Positions 59,883 to 64,000 of a DNA stretch of 64,000 nt are shown piece after piece. Numbering within the stretch: the first letter of the stretch is position 1; each line of letters starts with the position of its first letter. Origin of the DNA: Mobula hypostoma (Eukaryota); NCBI RefSeq assembly GCF_963921235.1, contig NC_086118.1, forward strand, positions 15,874,001 through 15,938,000, read 5' to 3'. Made by a program: the position numbers and the translations under genes. The notes below the pieces were generated by a model, which was given only the letters and a program-made list of their open reading frames with translations, did not search any database and had not been told where the DNA came from.

Positions 59883-61759
59883 GTAATGAACTTGTCTTTC
59901 ATTTCCAGTTTTAACTTATAGTCCTTGACCTGGAACTTTAACACCTTTGCTCTTCTCACTGATGTTGCCTGAACATTTCTAGTATTTTCTGGGTTTTATT
60001 GCTTCTGAAATACTGTCAGTTTCCATATTGGTATCAGCATTGGTATTGGTTCATTGTCGTGGTAATCAAAATATAGTGAAAAACTTCCCTATAAGACAAC
60101 ACCCATCTCAACTTCACTGCCCAGAAATTTTAACTTGTAAGTCTGATCATCCAACATCCAGCCTTCTTCCATATGGCTGACCAGTATTAACAATTTAAGT
60201 TTAAGGTTAGGTAAAAATAACCTTTAACCAGTATAATGCTGTTCAGTAAAAGGAATGTGTTTCTGCATGTCACTGATATCTTTATACAGAGGGCAGAGTG
60301 TTCATGTGTTCCATTGTCCCATTCACAACGTCCCATCCACCCTTTGTCCCTCTGCTTACTGGGCGATGTTGGCTCCTGGTTAGTGAAAGATTTGTCCCAA
60401 GCATTTGTCCTCAATCAGTAGTGCTCACCGCATCATCCAGCATCAGATACTCTGCTTCCATTAACCAAACGTGAGGAGCAAAAAGAAAATATGAACTATT
60501 TATTGTATTTTGCACTTTGTTAGATACATGAGTTATGACTAAAGGAAAAAATGCTAGAGTCGCTTAGCACTTTAATGCAAGGGTGTTTATTAGTTGCGTC
60601 ACAATTCGATCTTACAAGGTACCGTATAATGAAAATAGTGAAAAGAAAACTGGCAATATCTACAAAAAGGTATCACAAACACAATAATGGTTCTGCGCTT
60701 GTACTTGGCCAGCATGAACTCCTGGCATCCCAATCTCTCTCCCCTACTGAGGGCGATCAGCTCCTTTTTTTAAGGCTCTGGGGCATACCATTTTTAATTA
60801 CCAACAAAGTTAACTTACAGTAAGACTGCACATGAATTAGAATATGATGCATCCCACAATGTAGTTACGATCGTATTACAAAATAAACAGAAGTTTATTA
60901 AATACAGGATAAAAACAACATATACATATTTACACATCACCACTTCTAAAGAAATGGAATATTCTGCTGTGTATGGTAGCTAAGTTCCAACCCACTAATT
61001 TGTACACATGCTTGTTTTCAAATCACCCTGTGATCTTCTCCTTTGTAACTCCTTCATCTCTGCTCTTCCCAGGTGAAACCTCGTTTTCCTCTATCTTGTA
61101 TGTTATTATCAAGAGCTGAGTCTGAAATGCCCTCCTTAAACTTGTCCATCTCATTGTTCCTCAAATACACTCCTTTAAAAGCTTGCTCTTGACGAAATTT
61201 TTTGTCCTCTGCCCCATGTGTGGCTTGGTGTCAAATTTTGTTCATAATTCCAATGTGAAGCACTTTGGAACAGGTTGAAAATGTAAGGGCATTGCATGAA
61301 GATATGTTGGCCTTGCTTCCTGTTGTTGTTCCTGAGGTGCAGCAATAATAATTGCAGAACAGTCAGAAAAGATAATTGTCTGAAATTTAGCATGGACATG
61401 ATTTCTACGTCGAGGTATATTTGATTGGTATAGATGAGTACAAACACAGGAGACTTGTAGATGCTCACATCTAAAGCGAAAAAAAACAACCTGATGGAGG
61501 AACTCAGTGGGTCAAGATCTCTGTCCTGGACCAGCTTGTTCTACCAGAGAGCGGCACTGAGTGAACACCAGGGGGCAGCTCTGAGCAAACGTTCAAGGAC
61601 GGAAACAACAGGAGGGACCAGTCCCAACCCAATATGGATTCCAGCGCGTCCATAGAGGCCTCTGCTCTCTACTGCACCTCCTCCCTGTGCAACTGCAACA
61701 GGCAACTCCACAGCATGAGAGCTTAATCTGCACCACAACCAAGGCAACACAGCTCCCTC

Positions 61760-62070
61760 AGCTGCCTATCACCTCCCTCATGGTTCCGCCTCCTTCTACT
61801 ACCCATTGTGTTTTCCCCTATTCCTTCTTCACCTTTCCTACCTATCACCTCCCTGCTTCCCCTCCCCCACTCCTTTACCTTTCCCCTTACTGGTTTTTCA
61901 CCTGGATCCTACCAGCCTTCTCCTTCCCACCCTCCCCCCACCTTCTTTATAGGGCCTCAGCCCCTTCCCTCTACAGTCCTGATGAAGGGTTCCGGCCCGA
62001 AATGTTGACTAATCATTTCCACGGATACTGCCTGACCTGCTGAGTTCCTCCAGCGTGTTGTGAGTGTTGC
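61760..62070 (+). mobile_element. Penelope 3' tail fragment with hammerhead motif at 61975-62010
   Basis: AGUC-CUGAUGA-A-GGGuuccggCCC-GAAA-U-GUU-GACU followed by the tail. Confidence 0.7.
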
Positions 62071-62939
62071 AGCTCCCCCACTGTTGCTCTCTCCAATGAA
62101 TCAGTGAACCAAACTTGTAGTATTCTGTATTACCAAGGTTCAACAGCTCTTACGATCCAAAGAAAAATATTCAAGACTTCCAAGCATTCAAATCATTCGC
62201 ACCACGCACTGTCTTGATAGAACACCAGTACACAACAAATCCAGGTGACAATACAACAATGGTATGCAGTAAGTCCAGCTCCATTGCCATCAAGGTACTT
62301 ACTGATGGGATAGACCTGTGGTACTTGATGTTTCAATACCCAGCAGTGTCTTGTGATCATAAAAACAATGTAAAGGACAAACAATTACACCTTTGGTTTG
62401 ACCCAGAATGGCCACTGCATCCGAGCACACCTCCATCTTACCAGAAGCAGGAATGTTTAACAGCAGGAATCCTGTAAAACATCATCAGGGCTGAGACTGT
62501 ACAGGAGGATACCTACCTTATAAGGCCCATGCTGACATGAGTAGATGTGTAAGGGTTCTAATCATGGAAGGCAAGGAGAGGAGTGTTGCTGATTGCAGCA
62601 AGATACCTCTAAAGAATGGCACTTTGGATATACTGACCAAAAGAATATCCTGTGGTGAACACAGTATTGAGAATGCAAAAGGGTGGCAGGAAATTAGATA
62701 GGGCGCATCCTAGTTCTAGCAAGCTGTTCAATATGTTTGCACTCTGATTCTTTCAAGGGGGACAGATGGGATTTGGAGTGAAGTAGGGAATGGTGTTTAC
62801 TGGATGCCCAGTGCCTATACAAAACATTTCCTCCTTCTGGACAAGTAGGAGTGCTGTAACATTCTTAGGTCATGGACTCACCCTTTCTTGATAAACTTGA
62901 GGCCTTAGAAACTTGACCATCTGTAGTTAAAATAGAATT

Positions 62940-63430
62940 AATGTTAACATGATCACAGGGATGAAGAACTTTAGTTATGTGGACAGATTGGAGAGGCTGG
63001 ATTTATTCTGGTTGGAACAGGAAAGGTTGTGAGGGGAATTTGATAGGAGCATTTAATGTCATGCACTGACAGAATAGATAAAGAGAATCAACCTACGCTG
63101 GCAGAAGAATCAAAAACTAGGGAACAACAAATGAAAGGGACTGGTAAAGTACCCAAAACTATCAAAAGTATTTTTTTCCCAACTGGTTAGGACTTAGAAT
63201 GCATAGAACTTAGAACTTAAAACTTAGAACTTAGAACTTAGAACTTAGACTTAGATGTTGTTTTGAGGCAGATTCTATTGCGGCATTCAAATTGGTCTGG
63301 ATAAGTATTTGAAAGGAAGGAAATGGGGAGAGGGCAAGGAGGTGGGACTGTCTGGGTTACTCTTACAGAGATCTAAAATAGCAGACAGCGTCCTTCTGTA
63401 CTGTAACCATGCTGTGATTCTGTTGCTGGG
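62940..63430 (+). mobile_element. Old CR1 3' relic containing a (TTAGAAC)n microsatellite at about 63204-63255
   Basis: Degenerate similarity to the CR1 3' end; visible 7-mer tandem repeat. Confidence 0.55.
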
Positions 63431-64000
63431 AATGACAGTGATGTAATGGTTCAAGATTTCAGGAGCATTGAGAAAATGGAAGTAAAATCATATTCCTGGG
63501 TTACTCTAAGATATGCATGCTGATACATATACTTTAACACAGCTTTCTGCACCTCTCTCCTTGGGTTTCTAAACTGATGTGGTGTAATTCATTGGAAGCA
63601 GGAAGAATAGACGCTATTTCTGAACTTAATCGTCCTTTTGCATGTGTTATAATAGTGGGTGATGCTGGGGTTACTTTTGGAAATACAGATAGCTTCAATC
63701 CTATTATCACCCAAAATCATCATGCTTGTCCATTGTACTGGTATATTGCAATTAAAAAAGATGGATAATTGACCATTGACATGGACACAGTTGGCCAAAG
63801 TGTCTAATTCTGTGCTACATGGTTCTATGACCTGCATTTATCAAAATGTCTTAGGACAAGATCATTTTAATGTTTGTTCCTGGACTTTGCCCAGGAGTTC
63901 TATGTAGAGCATTCACTTCAGGGTTCATTAGACATGTCTAATGGTGTGATTGTCTGAAGTGTGTTTTGAAGTTGTGGGGTATCAGCCAAAAATTGTAAGT

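Noticed and set aside
63204..63255. CRISPR-like or telomeric array
   Set aside because: It is a simple (TTAGAAC)n microsatellite without spacers, and is not TTAGGG.
38230..64000. A second myosin paralog or other host gene upstream
   Set aside because: No myosin-like or other host exons were recognised; the ORFs there are transposon-derived or short and uninformative.

Overview
Vertebrate genomic DNA. The mix of CR1, Rex1/L2-like, Penelope and tRNA-SINE repeats suggests a cartilaginous fish, probably a ray (inference). It holds one complete sarcomeric myosin heavy chain gene on the minus strand. The 39 coding exons run from the ATG at 34741 to the TGA at 2390 and sum to 5814 nt (1937 aa), with GT-AG boundaries and phases that fit. 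Two candidate 5'UTR exons, TATA and CCAAT boxes (about 37420-37465) and a polyA signal (2309-2314) complete a 41-exon model. The 'SALFRENLNKLM' motif points to the fast-skeletal class. The introns and the 26 kb upstream are filled with transposons: CR1 LINEs, Rex1/L2-like LINEs, Penelope-like elements, tRNA SINEs, Tc1 MITEs, a hAT element with a nested MITE and an LTR remnant. The most unusual structure is a 2.9 kb fold-back Penelope insertion in intron 34. It has about 1.4 kb inverted arms, a 70 nt spacer, one 18 bp target-site duplication, inactivating lesions shared by both arms and a minimal hammerhead ribozyme motif near each end. Miniature two-tailed versions and further hammerhead motifs occur elsewhere in the window. 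All calls were read by eye; no database searches were run.
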